A stretch of DNA of 64,000 nucleotides. Source: Acidobacteriota bacterium. GTDB lineage: Bacteria > Acidobacteriota > Vicinamibacteria > Marinacidobacterales > Marinacidobacteraceae. The DNA lies in NCBI GenBank assembly GCA_022822745.1, contig JAJEAO010000006.1:9509-73508 (forward strand), written 5' to 3'. The position numbers were made by a program, and so were the translations under genes. The notes beneath the pieces were generated by a model. That model had not been told where the DNA came from. It searched no databases and was given only the letters and a program-made list of their open reading frames with translations. Within the stretch, counting starts at the first letter, position 1; each line of letters opens with the position of its first letter. Of the stretch, positions 36,234 through 45,588 are shown piece after piece.

Positions 36234-37385
36234 TCACGACAGGCGTCCGACCAGGGTCCAGATCGGCATGTACATCGCCACCACGATGCCCCCGATGACC
36301 GCGCCGAGCACCACGATCAGCAACGGCTCGAGGAGGGGCAGGACGGTGGCGTGGATCCGGGTGACCTCCTGCTCGTAGAACTCGGCCACCTTCTCGAGGG
36401 CGCCCTCGAGTTCGCCGGTCCGCTCCCCGACGGCCACCATCTGGTGGACCATGGGAGGAAACAGCCCGGTCGCCTGGAGCGGACGAGAGAGCGAGGATCC
36501 GGCGGCGACCCGCTGCCGGACGTCGCCCACGGCGCGCTCGAGATGGAGATTGCCGACCGTGTGGCGGGCGATCTGAAGCCCCTCCAGAAGCGGGACCCCG
36601 GCGCCGGTGAGCGCGGAGAGCGTGCGGCAGAACCGGGCCAGAGCGGCGCGGTGGGACAGCCTGCCGAAGAGGGGAACGCGCAGGACGAGCCGGTCCACCG
36701 CCGCGCCGCCCACGCTCGTCCGGCGGATGCGCCAGACCGCCGCCGCCAAGCCGAGGGCGAGAAGGCCCGCCACCGCGGCCCACCATCCGAACGACTCCGA
36801 AACGCTCACCACGACCCGGGTGGCCAGGGGAAGTTCCGCGTCCAGTCCGGCGTAGAGCTCGGTGAAGACCGGCACGACCTTCCACAGGATGACGGCGACC
36901 ACCGCCACGCCGATCCCGCACACCACGAGCGGATAGGCGAAGGCGCCCCGCACCCTGGACGCGGTCTCGGCCGCCTTCTCCAGTTCGGTGGCGAGCCGAA
37001 GCAGGCTGTCGTCCAGCCGTCCGCTGGACTCCCCGATGCCCGTCATCGCCACCGCCAGCCGGTTGAACACCTGCGGGTGGCGCCCCATCGCGCTTCCCAG
37101 GGAACTTCCGGCTCGAACGTCCCGGGCGACCGAGGCGACCGCGTTCCGGAGCCGACTGTTCTGCTGCTGGTCGTGGAGAACGGCGAGGCTCTCGGCGAGC
37201 GGCAGCCCGGCGCCGATCATCACCGCAAGCTGGCGGACGAGGATCGCTACCTGGCGACGCCGCACCGGCAGCGCGAGCGCCGCTCCCGGTCCGCGGATGT
37301 CGAGGCCGACGGCGAGGGCCGATCCACGCCCGGGGCGGCCCGCCCGGATCGCGGCCAGACCCGGAATGCGGGGAAGCGGCTTCAC
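36234..37385 (-). CDS. pilC: Type IV pilus inner-membrane platform protein (PilC/GspF family)
   Basis: Two GspF repeats (LVRQLAVMIGAGLPLAESL and FCRTLSALTGAGVPLLEGL); 383 aa. Confidence 0.9.
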   Translation of the reverse strand: MKPLPRIPGLAAIRAGRPGRGSALAVGLDIRGPGAALALPVRRRQVAILVRQLAVMIGAGLPLAESLAVLHDQQQNSRLRNAVASVARDVRAGSSLGSAMGRHPQVFNRLAVAMTGIGESSGRLDDSLLRLATELEKAAETASRVRGAFAYPLVVCGIGVAVVAVILWKVVPVFTELYAGLDAELPLATRVVVSVSESFGWWAAVAGLLALGLAAAVWRIRRTSVGGAAVDRLVLRVPLFGRLSHRAALARFCRTLSALTGAGVPLLEGLQIARHTVGNLHLERAVGDVRQRVAAGSSLSRPLQATGLFPPMVHQMVAVGERTGELEGALEKVAEFYEQEVTRIHATVLPLLEPLLIVVLGAVIGGIVVAMYMPIWTLVGRLS

Positions 37386-38533
37386 GGCGCGTGCTCCCCG
37401 CCCGGACGAAGCCGCTCCGCGAGCCCCTCGGGGTCGTTCGAGGCGGCCAGGGCGTCCGATGCGACCACGACGCCCCGACGGACCAGGGAGCGGAGCGCGT
37501 CGTTCAGCGACGCCGAGCGCGCAGGGCCCGCGCCCGCATCCATGACAGCGAGGAGCTGATGGAGCTTGTCCTCCCGGATCAGGTTGCGCGCCGCGGGGGT
37601 CGGAGCGAGGTGCTCCACCGCGAGAACCCGCCCGCGGCCATCGGCGCGCGGCACCAGCCGCTGGCAGTAGATGGTCTCCACCGAGGTCGCCAACCGGTTC
37701 CGGATCTGACGGTGCTGCGACGGAGGAAACAGCTCGACGAGCCGCTGGAGGGCGTGGAGCACCGAACGGGCGTGGAGGGTGGCGAGGGCGAGATGGCCGG
37801 TCTCCGCGACCCGGAGGGTGGCGTCGGCCGTTTCCCGGTCACGAATCTCGCCGATCATGACGACGTCGGGATCGGACCGAAGCACCGAGCGCAGGGCGGC
37901 GTGCACCGACGCCGTGTCGGATCCCACCTGGCGCTGGGTCACCAGGGCCCGCGCGTTCCGATGGAGGGCTTCGACCGGATCCTCGATGGTCAGCACGTGG
38001 ACCGGACGGGTCCGGTTGATCCGGTCCACGATCCCGGCGAGGGTCGTGGACTTGCCGGATCCCACCGGCCCGGTCGTCAGGACCAGACCGGAAGTCAGCG
38101 CCGCGAGGCGGACGGCGCCCTCGGGCAATCCGAGAGCGTCGAGCGAGGGGACCCGTTCGTTCACGACCCGGTACACCGCGCCGAGCCCGCCGCGCCGCCG
38201 GAAGACGCTCGCGCGGAATCGCGCCGCGCCCGCCAGCGTGAAGGAGAAGTCGGCCTCCTCCCCGGCTTCGACCTGTTCGCGGGCGCGGGTCGGCATCGCG
38301 GTGGCGACCATGGCCTCGACCCGCGACGCCGGCAACGCTTCCTCGCCCGCCCGGGTGAGGGCGCCGTTCACCCGGAAGCGGGGCGCGACCCCCGGCGCCA
38401 GGTGCAGGTCGCTCCCACCGAGCTCCACCAGCCCGGACAGGAGCCGCCCGAGCTCCTCCTTCGGTTCGGTCGCGGGGGACACGCGATGCACAACTTCGGC
38501 CATACCCCATGCATGACGGATTTTCGGGAGCAA
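37382..38533 (-). CDS. pilT: Twitching-motility ATPase PilT family
   Basis: Walker A LVLTTGPVGSGKSTTLA, DPVMIGEIRD and His box ATLHARS; its length matches PilT, not PilB. An alternative start at 38503 (MAEVV) is possible. Confidence 0.9.
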   Translation of the reverse strand: MLPKIRHAWGMAEVVHRVSPATEPKEELGRLLSGLVELGGSDLHLAPGVAPRFRVNGALTRAGEEALPASRVEAMVATAMPTRAREQVEAGEEADFSFTLAGAARFRASVFRRRGGLGAVYRVVNERVPSLDALGLPEGAVRLAALTSGLVLTTGPVGSGKSTTLAGIVDRINRTRPVHVLTIEDPVEALHRNARALVTQRQVGSDTASVHAALRSVLRSDPDVVMIGEIRDRETADATLRVAETGHLALATLHARSVLHALQRLVELFPPSQHRQIRNRLATSVETIYCQRLVPRADGRGRVLAVEHLAPTPAARNLIREDKLHQLLAVMDAGAGPARSASLNDALRSLVRRGVVVASDALAASNDPEGLAERLRPGGEHAP

Positions 38534-38715
38534 CGCGCCAAAGTCGCTCCCCGGGGGCCCGGAAGGGCCATACCGGCCCGGCGCTTGCTTTCGACCCGGC
38601 CGCCCCGGGCGTCGCTGCTACCATTCTGCTCCGCATGGCGGGCCAGCGGGGCGGAGCACCGGGGGGACGGGGCTCCGGGGGCGAGAGGGGATCGAATCGA
38701 GGGGCGCCGCCGCCG

Positions 38716-40353
38716 TTGCAGATCCCCCCCGAGACGCGTTTCCTGTTCGTCACCGGGGGCGTGATCTCCTCGCTGGGCAAGGGGATCGCATCGGCCTCGG
38801 TGGGAAGGCTGCTCAAGTCGCAGGGGTACTCGGTGAGTTTTCTGAAGCTCGACCCCTATCTGAACGTGGACCCGGGGACGATGAGTCCGTTCCAGCACGG
38901 CGAGGTCTTCGTCACCCACGACGGCGCCGAAACAGACCTGGATCTGGGGCACTACGAGCGCTTCACCGGAGGGGCGTTCTCGTCGCTGTCCAACGTGACC
39001 AGCGGGCAGATCTACGAAGCGGTCATCGAACGGGAGCGTCAGGGCGGCTACCTCGGGGCGACCGTTCAGGTCGTCCCTCACGTGACCGACGAGATCAAGC
39101 GGCGCGTCGCCGCGGTCGCGGTGGCCGACCGTCCCGACGTCGTGATCGCCGAGATCGGAGGCACGATCGGCGACATCGAGGGGCAGCCCTTCCTCGAGGC
39201 CGCTCGGCAGTTCCGCCTGGACGCCGGTCCCGGACGGGTCTGCTTCCTCCACCTGACGCTCGTGCCCCTGATCCGGGCGGCGGGGGAGTACAAGACGAAG
39301 CCCACGCAGCACAGCGTCCGCGAGCTGCGCGCCATCGGCATCCAGCCCGATGTCCTGCTGTGCCGGGCCGAGGAGCCTCTCTCGGCGGAGCTCAAGGCCA
39401 AGATCGGCCTCCACACGTCGGTTTCTCCGGATGCGGTCTTCACCGCGGTGGACGCCGCTTCAGTGTATGAAGTACCGCTGAACCTCGCCGCCGAGGGCGT
39501 GGACACGCAGATCCTGGCCCACTTCCGCCTCGAGTCCCGCGAGCGGCGGCTCGACGACTGGCGACGCCTGGTGGAGCGGCTCCGGACCGGCAGCCGCGAC
39601 GTGCGAATCGCCGTCGTGGGCAAGTACGTCGAGCACAAGGACTCCTACAAGAGTCTGGGAGAGGCGCTCGTCCACGCCGGGGTCGCGCACGGCGCCCGCG
39701 TGGACATTCGCTGGATCGAGGCCGAGAGCCTGGAGCGCGGCGACCTTTCCCCGCTCGAGGAGGCCGACGGAATCCTCGTTCCCGGGGGGTTCGGGAAGCG
39801 GGGAACGGAGGGGATGGCCGCCGCCGCCGGACGCGCCCGGACCGGCGAGGTCCCGTTCCTCGGGATCTGCTACGGGTTCCAGTGGGCGCTCGTGGAGTTC
39901 GCCCGCTCCCGGTGCGGCCTCGAAGGGGCGAGCACCGAGGAGATCGACCCGGACGCGCCCCACCGGATCTTCGCCCTGCTCAGGCACCTCGAGGGCGCCG
40001 AACCCATGGGCGGCACGATGCGGGTCGGCGCGGTGACCTGTCTCCTGGAGGAGGGATCGCTGGCGGCGCAGGCCTACGGCGTCACCCGGATCCGGGAGCG
40101 GCACCGCCATCGCTACGAGTTCCACCACGACTACGAGCAGCGGCTCGCCGACCAGGGGATGCGCTTCACCGGGTCCACCGAGGACGGCTTCTTCGAGGTC
40201 TGCGAGCTACCGGAGCACCCGTGGTTCGTGGCCGTTCAGTTCCATCCCGAGTTCCAGTCGAACCCGCTTCGTCCCCATCCGCTGTTCCGCGAGTTCGTGG
40301 GTGCGGCGCTGGAACAGCGGGAGAACGGACCCGCCGAACCGGTCGCGGTCTGA
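38716..40353 (+). CDS. pyrG: CTP synthase
   Basis: RFLFVTGGVISSLGKGI and the glutamine amidotransferase GICYGFQ...HPEF motifs. The TTG start at 38716 yields 545 aa with GAGGGG 13 nt upstream; the 5' ORF extension is rejected. Confidence 0.95.
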   Translation: MQIPPETRFLFVTGGVISSLGKGIASASVGRLLKSQGYSVSFLKLDPYLNVDPGTMSPFQHGEVFVTHDGAETDLDLGHYERFTGGAFSSLSNVTSGQIYEAVIERERQGGYLGATVQVVPHVTDEIKRRVAAVAVADRPDVVIAEIGGTIGDIEGQPFLEAARQFRLDAGPGRVCFLHLTLVPLIRAAGEYKTKPTQHSVRELRAIGIQPDVLLCRAEEPLSAELKAKIGLHTSVSPDAVFTAVDAASVYEVPLNLAAEGVDTQILAHFRLESRERRLDDWRRLVERLRTGSRDVRIAVVGKYVEHKDSYKSLGEALVHAGVAHGARVDIRWIEAESLERGDLSPLEEADGILVPGGFGKRGTEGMAAAAGRARTGEVPFLGICYGFQWALVEFARSRCGLEGASTEEIDPDAPHRIFALLRHLEGAEPMGGTMRVGAVTCLLEEGSLAAQAYGVTRIRERHRHRYEFHHDYEQRLADQGMRFTGSTEDGFFEVCELPEHPWFVAVQFHPEFQSNPLRPHPLFREFVGAALEQRENGPAEPVAV

Positions 40354-40454
40354 ATCGCCGGGTCGCAGGACTCTCTGCCGCTGGTACGATCGGGGCTTCG
40401 CCGGCGCCCTCCGCTGCGCGCCGGAACAGTCCGTTCCCGGGAGGTTCCGTATCC

Positions 40455-40934
40455 GTGAGGCCAGGTGTCGTTCTGCTGATCGCCGCCCTGGCCGCCGGCT
40501 GCAGCCCGCCCGCCGAGGAGACGTCCGACATGCGCGACCTGACGCCATTCCTCACGTTCCAGGAAGGACGCGCCGAGGAAGCGATGCGCTTCTACGTTTC
40601 AGTCGTTCCGGGAAGCTCGATCCTCGAGATCCAGAGGTGGCAGGAAGGCGAGACGGGAGCGGTCGAGTTCGCCGGCAGGGTGAAGCTCGCCCGCTTCTCG
40701 CTGGGCGGCCTCGAGGTGCGCGCGAGCGACAGCCCGATCCCCCACGATTGGGGGTTCAGCCCAGCCGTCTCCCTCTTCCTGACCTGCCGGGACGATGACG
40801 AGATCGAGCGCCTGGCGGAGGCGCTGGTCGAGGGCGGCCAGGCCCTCATGCCGCTCGACAACTACGGCTTCAGCCGCCGGTTCACCTGGATCGAGGACCG
40901 GTTCGGGGTCTCCTGGCAACTGAACCTCGAGTGA
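40455..40934 (+). CDS. PhnB-like / VOC (glyoxalase-fold) protein, possibly a lipoprotein
   Basis: MRDLTPFLTFQEGRAEEAMRFYVSVVPGS matches the PhnB-like N-terminus. The in-frame upstream GTG gives an LIAALAAGC lipobox signal; an ATG start at 40529 is the alternative. Confidence 0.6.
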   Translation: MRPGVVLLIAALAAGCSPPAEETSDMRDLTPFLTFQEGRAEEAMRFYVSVVPGSSILEIQRWQEGETGAVEFAGRVKLARFSLGGLEVRASDSPIPHDWGFSPAVSLFLTCRDDDEIERLAEALVEGGQALMPLDNYGFSRRFTWIEDRFGVSWQLNLE

Positions 40935-41455
40935 ACCACCCGGAGGCGGCCATCGAGGCCATCCTGTTCGATGTGGACGGGGTGCTCACCGACGGGACGT
41001 TCGAACCCGAGGATCCGGGCCTCGATCTCCCGGAGCGGAAACGCTTCCATGCCCGCGACGGCCTGGGCCTCCTCCTCGCCCGGCGAGCCGGGCTCCGGCT
41101 CGGTTTCGTGACCGGCAGGCGCTCCGCCATCGTCCGCCGACGGGCGCGCGAGATCAACGCGGCGTTCCTGCGCGAGGGCTGCTTCACCAAGGGCGTCGCC
41201 TTCGAGGAAGCGTGCGAGACGCTCGGGCTGTCGCCGGCGCAGATCGCCTTCGTGGGCGACGACGTGCAGGATCTCCCGGCGATGCGCCGGGCCGGCTTCT
41301 CCGCCGCCCCGGCGGACGCGCATCCGCGGGCGCTTGCGGCGGCCGACTTCGTCAGCGCCTTTCCGGGCGGCCGGGGCGCGGTGCGGGAAATCGTGGAGCG
41401 GATCCTCGAGGCGCGGGGCGCCCTCGAGGCCGCCGAGAACTCGTTCGGCGACTGA
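40931..41455 (+). CDS. kdsC: HAD-family KDO-8-phosphate phosphatase-like
   Basis: ILFDVDGVLTDG (HAD motif I) and GDDVQDLPAM (motif III). GTG start with GTGA overlap. Confidence 0.7.
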   Translation: MNHPEAAIEAILFDVDGVLTDGTFEPEDPGLDLPERKRFHARDGLGLLLARRAGLRLGFVTGRRSAIVRRRAREINAAFLREGCFTKGVAFEEACETLGLSPAQIAFVGDDVQDLPAMRRAGFSAAPADAHPRALAAADFVSAFPGGRGAVREIVERILEARGALEAAENSFGD

Positions 41456-41471
41456 ACGGACGAGGCGCCGG

Positions 41472-42080
41472 TCAGCCGGCGTCCGACCGCAGGAAACGTC
41501 GCGCCAGCTCTTCCGCCCGCGCCACGGTCTCCGCGAGTGCGCCACTGGTGTCGAGGACGTCGCTGGCCCGCGAGACCTTCTCCTCGAGCGGGAGCTGCGC
41601 CGCGAGCCGGAGCCGGCCTTCGTCGGGGGTCATCCCGGGAGTGCGCGCGAGCAGCCGTTCGAGCTGGAGATCCGGCGGGCACGCGGCCAGGACGACGCGG
41701 TCGTAGTTCCGGTAGCTCCCGGTCTCGATCAGAAGCGCCGCCTCGACGCCGGCGACGGATCGCCCATCGGCTTCGCGGGCGTCGAGGAAGGCGCCGATGT
41801 CGCGGCGGATGCGCGGGTGCGTCTGCCGATGGAGCCAGCGCCTCGCCGCCTCGTCCAGGAACACCCGCGCGCCGAGCGCCTTGCGATCCACTCCGCCTCT
41901 CCGGTCGAGCACCTCGGCGCCGAACCGCCCCGCGACCTCGGCCACGAGCGCGCCTCCGGGAGCGAGGTAGCCGTGGACCGTCTCGTCGGCATCCAGCATC
42001 GGGATCCCCAGGCGCTCGAACACCCGCCGGACGACCGACTTGCCCGATGCGATGCCGCCGGTGAGCCCGACCCGCAGCAC
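41472..42080 (-). CDS. coaE: Dephospho-CoA kinase
   Basis: GLTGGIASGKS P-loop at the N-terminus; 202 aa. GTG start. Confidence 0.8.
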   Translation of the reverse strand: MLRVGLTGGIASGKSVVRRVFERLGIPMLDADETVHGYLAPGGALVAEVAGRFGAEVLDRRGGVDRKALGARVFLDEAARRWLHRQTHPRIRRDIGAFLDAREADGRSVAGVEAALLIETGSYRNYDRVVLAACPPDLQLERLLARTPGMTPDEGRLRLAAQLPLEEKVSRASDVLDTSGALAETVARAEELARRFLRSDAG

Positions 42081-42091
42081 CAGGTCGCGCC

Positions 42092-43021
42092 TCAGCCGTT
42101 CCCGGCGGCTCGACGGGCCCGGGCGAGTTCGACCGTGTTGGAGAGCAGCGTCGCGATCGTCAGCGGTCCGACGCCTCCCGGCACCGGGGTGTAGCGGGAG
42201 GCGCGTTCCCGCATCGCCCGCGGGTCCACGTCCCCCACGAGCGTGTAACCGTGGCGGCGGAACCGCGTCAGCCTCCGGGACCGGTCCCCGAAGAGCTCCC
42301 GCACGCGGGTCTCGTCCACGATCCGGTTCATCCCCACGTCCACGACGACGGCTCCCGGCCGGATCGCGTCCGCGCCCAGCAATCCGGCGCGACCCACGGC
42401 GGCGCACAGGATGTCCGCCTGCGAACAGAGCGCCGCCAGATCCCGGGTCCGGGAGTGGCAGATCGTGACCGTGGCGTGAGCATGGAGCAGAAGCAGCGCG
42501 AGGGGTTTTCCCACGATGTTGCTGCGTCCCACGACGACGGCGCGGCGACCCGCCACCTCGACGCCCTTCCGCCGGAACATCTCCAGGATGCCGGCCGGGG
42601 TGCACGGACGGGGGCCGGGCGCCCCGGACGCGAGGCGCCCCACGTTGACCGGATGGAAACCGTCCACATCCTTGTCGGGACGGATCCGGGCCAGGAATTT
42701 CCCCGCGTCGAGTCCCCGCGGGAGGGGGAGCTGGAGGAGGATTCCGTCCACGCCGGAATCCTCGTTGAGCGCGTCGAGGCGGGCTCCGAGCGCCTCGGCC
42801 GTGGCGTCCGCGGGGAGCCGGTGGGTCTCGGACCGGATCCCGGCCTTCCTCGACGCGCGGACCTTGCCGCGCACGTAGATCGCGGACGCCGGGTCGTCGC
42901 CGACGAGCACGACCGCGAGCCCCGGCGGACGCCCTCCGCCCGCGAAATCGCGAGCCGCCTCGCCGGCGTCGGCGCGGATCGCGGCCCCGATCTTCTTCCC
43001 GTCGAGAATCCTTCCCGCCAT
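42092..43021 (-). CDS. folD: Bifunctional methylenetetrahydrofolate dehydrogenase/cyclohydrolase
   Basis: ILDGKKIG, VVLVGDDPASAIYVRGK, DVDGFHPVNVGRL and VVVGRSNIVGKPLA; 309 aa. Confidence 0.9.
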   Translation of the reverse strand: MAGRILDGKKIGAAIRADAGEAARDFAGGGRPPGLAVVLVGDDPASAIYVRGKVRASRKAGIRSETHRLPADATAEALGARLDALNEDSGVDGILLQLPLPRGLDAGKFLARIRPDKDVDGFHPVNVGRLASGAPGPRPCTPAGILEMFRRKGVEVAGRRAVVVGRSNIVGKPLALLLLHAHATVTICHSRTRDLAALCSQADILCAAVGRAGLLGADAIRPGAVVVDVGMNRIVDETRVRELFGDRSRRLTRFRRHGYTLVGDVDPRAMRERASRYTPVPGGVGPLTIATLLSNTVELARARRAAGNG

Positions 43022-43026
43022 GGCTC

Positions 43027-43671
43027 CTACTCCGGACCGGCGGTCGTGAGGCAGCGCAGCAGCTCGCGGGCGCGCTCGGCCGTTTCCGCGGGCGACGGCG
43101 CCGCCACCGCCGAGATGACCGCGATCATGTCGGCGCCGGCGTCGAGCGCCTTGCGGCCGCGGGGGCCATCCAGCCCCCCGATCGCCACCAGCGTCCTGCG
43201 GGTGCGACGACGAGCATCCGCCACGCCCCGGAGCCCGACGACGGGCTCGGCGTCCACCTTCGCGCCGGTGGGATAGACGGGTCCGATCGCGAGATAGTCG
43301 GCGGCGTCCGGGGACTCGGCCACCTGGCGCGGCGAGTGCGTGGACAGGCCGATCCACCGGCTCTCCCCGAGGAACCGTCGGGCGCGTCGCGGGGAGAGAT
43401 CGTCCTGCCCGAGATGGACGCCGGCGGCGTCCGCGAGCAGGGCCACATCGGCCCGGTCGTTCACGATGACGCGCACCCCCGATGTCCCGGCGCTCCGAAG
43501 GCCGGCGCTCACCCAGGTCCAGTAGTCCCGAGCGGAGAGGGCCTTGCCCCGCAACTGCGTCACCCGGACGCCCGCGTCGGCGAGCGCAGCGAGGAACGGT
43601 CCCGGATCGCGGTCACCGATCAGCGAGGCGTCGAGGATCGGGTAGAGCGGGCCGGGGCCGAAACCGGTCAC
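43027..43671 (-). CDS. thiE: Thiamine-phosphate synthase
   Basis: LYPILD...VTQLRGK...VIVNDRADVAL...HLGQDD...IGLSTHS...DYLAIGPVYPT; 214 aa. GTG start with GTGA overlap on the accC stop. Confidence 0.85.
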   Translation of the reverse strand: MTGFGPGPLYPILDASLIGDRDPGPFLAALADAGVRVTQLRGKALSARDYWTWVSAGLRSAGTSGVRVIVNDRADVALLADAAGVHLGQDDLSPRRARRFLGESRWIGLSTHSPRQVAESPDAADYLAIGPVYPTGAKVDAEPVVGLRGVADARRRTRRTLVAIGGLDGPRGRKALDAGADMIAVISAVAAPSPAETAERARELLRCLTTAGPE

Positions 43672-45014
43672 TGCCCCTCCGGCGGCAAGCGGGTCAGGAA
43701 CCCGGTGTCGAAGCCTCCGGCGAGGAACTCCGGGCTCCGGAGGATGCGGCGGTGCAGCGGAATCGTGGTGCGGATCCCCTCGACCTCCATCTCGGCGAGC
43801 GCCCGGCGCATCCGGGCGGCGGCGTGGGCGCGGTCTTCCCCGTGGGTAATCAGCTTGGCGACCAGGGAGTCGTAATAGGGAGGGATCACCGCGCCGGCGT
43901 GAGCCGCCGTATCCACCCGGACCCCCGGTCCGCCCGGGCTGTGGAAGGTGTCTATGGTTCCGGGACTCGGCACGAAGGTCTCCGGATCCTCGGCGTTGAC
44001 GCGGCACTCGATCGCGGCGCCCGAGACCTCGACATCCTCCTGGGCGAACGAGAGCGGCTCGCCGGCGGCCACGCGGATCTGCTCGCGCACCAGGTCCAGC
44101 CCGGTGACCATCTCGGTGACCGGATGCTCGACCTGGATCCGCACATTCATCTCGCTGAAGTAGAACCGGCCCTCCGGGTCCATCAGAAACTCCACGGTGC
44201 CTGCGTTCCGGTAGTCCACCGCCTCCGCGGCGCGAACCGCCGCCTCGCCCAGCTCGCTTCGGGTGGAAGCGGAGAGTCCAGGCGCGGGCGCCTCTTCGAC
44301 CAGCTTCTGGTGCCGTCGCTGGACCGAGCAATCCCGCTCGCCGAGATGCACGGTGCTGCCGCGAGCGTCGGCGAAGACCTGCACCTCGATGTGTCGCACG
44401 CTGGACAGGTAGCGCTCGAGGTAGATCTCTCCATCGCCGAAGGCCGCCGTGGCCTCTGCCGCTGCGGATGCGAACGCGCCCTCGATGCCGCTCTCGTCCT
44501 CGACGATGCGCATGCCGCGGCCGCCGCCGCCGAACGACGCCTTGAGGAGCACCGGGTACCCCACCTCCCCCGCGATCCGCCTCGCTTCGCCGGCGTTCGG
44601 GATGGGCTCCTCGGTGCCGGGGAGAATCGGCACGCCGGCTGCCTTCATGGTGCGCCGGGCGAGCGCCTTGTCCCCCATGACCCGGATCGCCCGTCGCGGC
44701 GGCCCGATGAACGTGACGCGGCACGCCTCGCAGACCTCGGCCAGGTCATGACTCTCGGCGAGGAAGCCGTACCCGGGGTGGATCGCCTCCGCGCCGGCGA
44801 TCTCCGCCGCCGTGAGGATCCGGGGCACGTCGAGGTAGCTCTCCCGGGGGGAGGGCGGGCCGATGCAGATCGCCTCGTCGGCGAGCCGCACCGGAAGCGA
44901 GTCGCGGTCCGCCACCGAATACACGATCACGGTGCGGATCCCCAGATCGCGACAGGCGGCGATCACGCGCACCGCGATCTCGCCGCGGTTCGCGATCAGG
45001 ATCTTGCGGAACAC
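43668..45014 (-). CDS. accC: Acetyl-CoA carboxylase biotin carboxylase subunit
   Basis: MFRKILIANRGEIAVRVIRA...GGGGRGMR...EMNVRIQVEHPVTE; 448 aa. Confidence 0.95.
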   Translation of the reverse strand: MFRKILIANRGEIAVRVIAACRDLGIRTVIVYSVADRDSLPVRLADEAICIGPPSPRESYLDVPRILTAAEIAGAEAIHPGYGFLAESHDLAEVCEACRVTFIGPPRRAIRVMGDKALARRTMKAAGVPILPGTEEPIPNAGEARRIAGEVGYPVLLKASFGGGGRGMRIVEDESGIEGAFASAAAEATAAFGDGEIYLERYLSSVRHIEVQVFADARGSTVHLGERDCSVQRRHQKLVEEAPAPGLSASTRSELGEAAVRAAEAVDYRNAGTVEFLMDPEGRFYFSEMNVRIQVEHPVTEMVTGLDLVREQIRVAAGEPLSFAQEDVEVSGAAIECRVNAEDPETFVPSPGTIDTFHSPGGPGVRVDTAAHAGAVIPPYYDSLVAKLITHGEDRAHAAARMRRALAEMEVEGIRTTIPLHRRILRSPEFLAGGFDTGFLTRLPPEGQ

Positions 45015-45048
45015 CGGCTCGGCACGAACCCGCCGCTGCCGCGGAACC

Positions 45049-45531
45049 TCAGGACGGGCGCACGAGGAACAGCGGATCCCCGAACTGGACCGGCGAGGCG
45101 TCTTCGGGGAGAACCTCGACGACCTCGCCGGCGGCCTCCGCCTCGATGTTGTTCATCAGCTTCATCGCTTCGATGATGCAAAGCACCTGGCCCTTCTTCA
45201 CCCGATCGCCGACCTCCACGAAGGCGTCGGCATCGGGTCGCGGCCGCCGGTAGAAGGTCCCGACCATCGGAGACGACACGGTCAGGAGGGCGTCGTCGGC
45301 CTCGGCGGGGGCGGCAGCGGGTGCGGACGGAGGCGGAGGCGCCGCCTCCACGGGCGGGACAGGCGGAGGGGCAGCCTCGACGGATCGAACCGGGACCGAC
45401 GGACCCCGCGAGACCCGGAGCCGCACACCGCCGAAACGGAGGTCCGCCTGGTGGAAGCCGGACGCGGCGAGCCGGTCCACCGCGTCGAGCAGCTCGTCGA
45501 GGGTAGGTTCCGGGGACCGGTCTGCAGGCAC
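45049..45531 (-). CDS. accB: Biotin carboxyl carrier protein
   Basis: Pro/Ala linker then the EAMKLMN biotinyl-lysine motif. Confidence 0.9.
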   Translation of the reverse strand: MPADRSPEPTLDELLDAVDRLAASGFHQADLRFGGVRLRVSRGPSVPVRSVEAAPPPVPPVEAAPPPPSAPAAAPAEADDALLTVSSPMVGTFYRRPRPDADAFVEVGDRVKKGQVLCIIEAMKLMNNIEAEAAGEVVEVLPEDASPVQFGDPLFLVRPS

Positions 45532-45588
45532 GAAGCGGAGCGGGGCTCGGCCCGCGAGGGGAGGAAAATACCACAGCCCCCCGCGCGA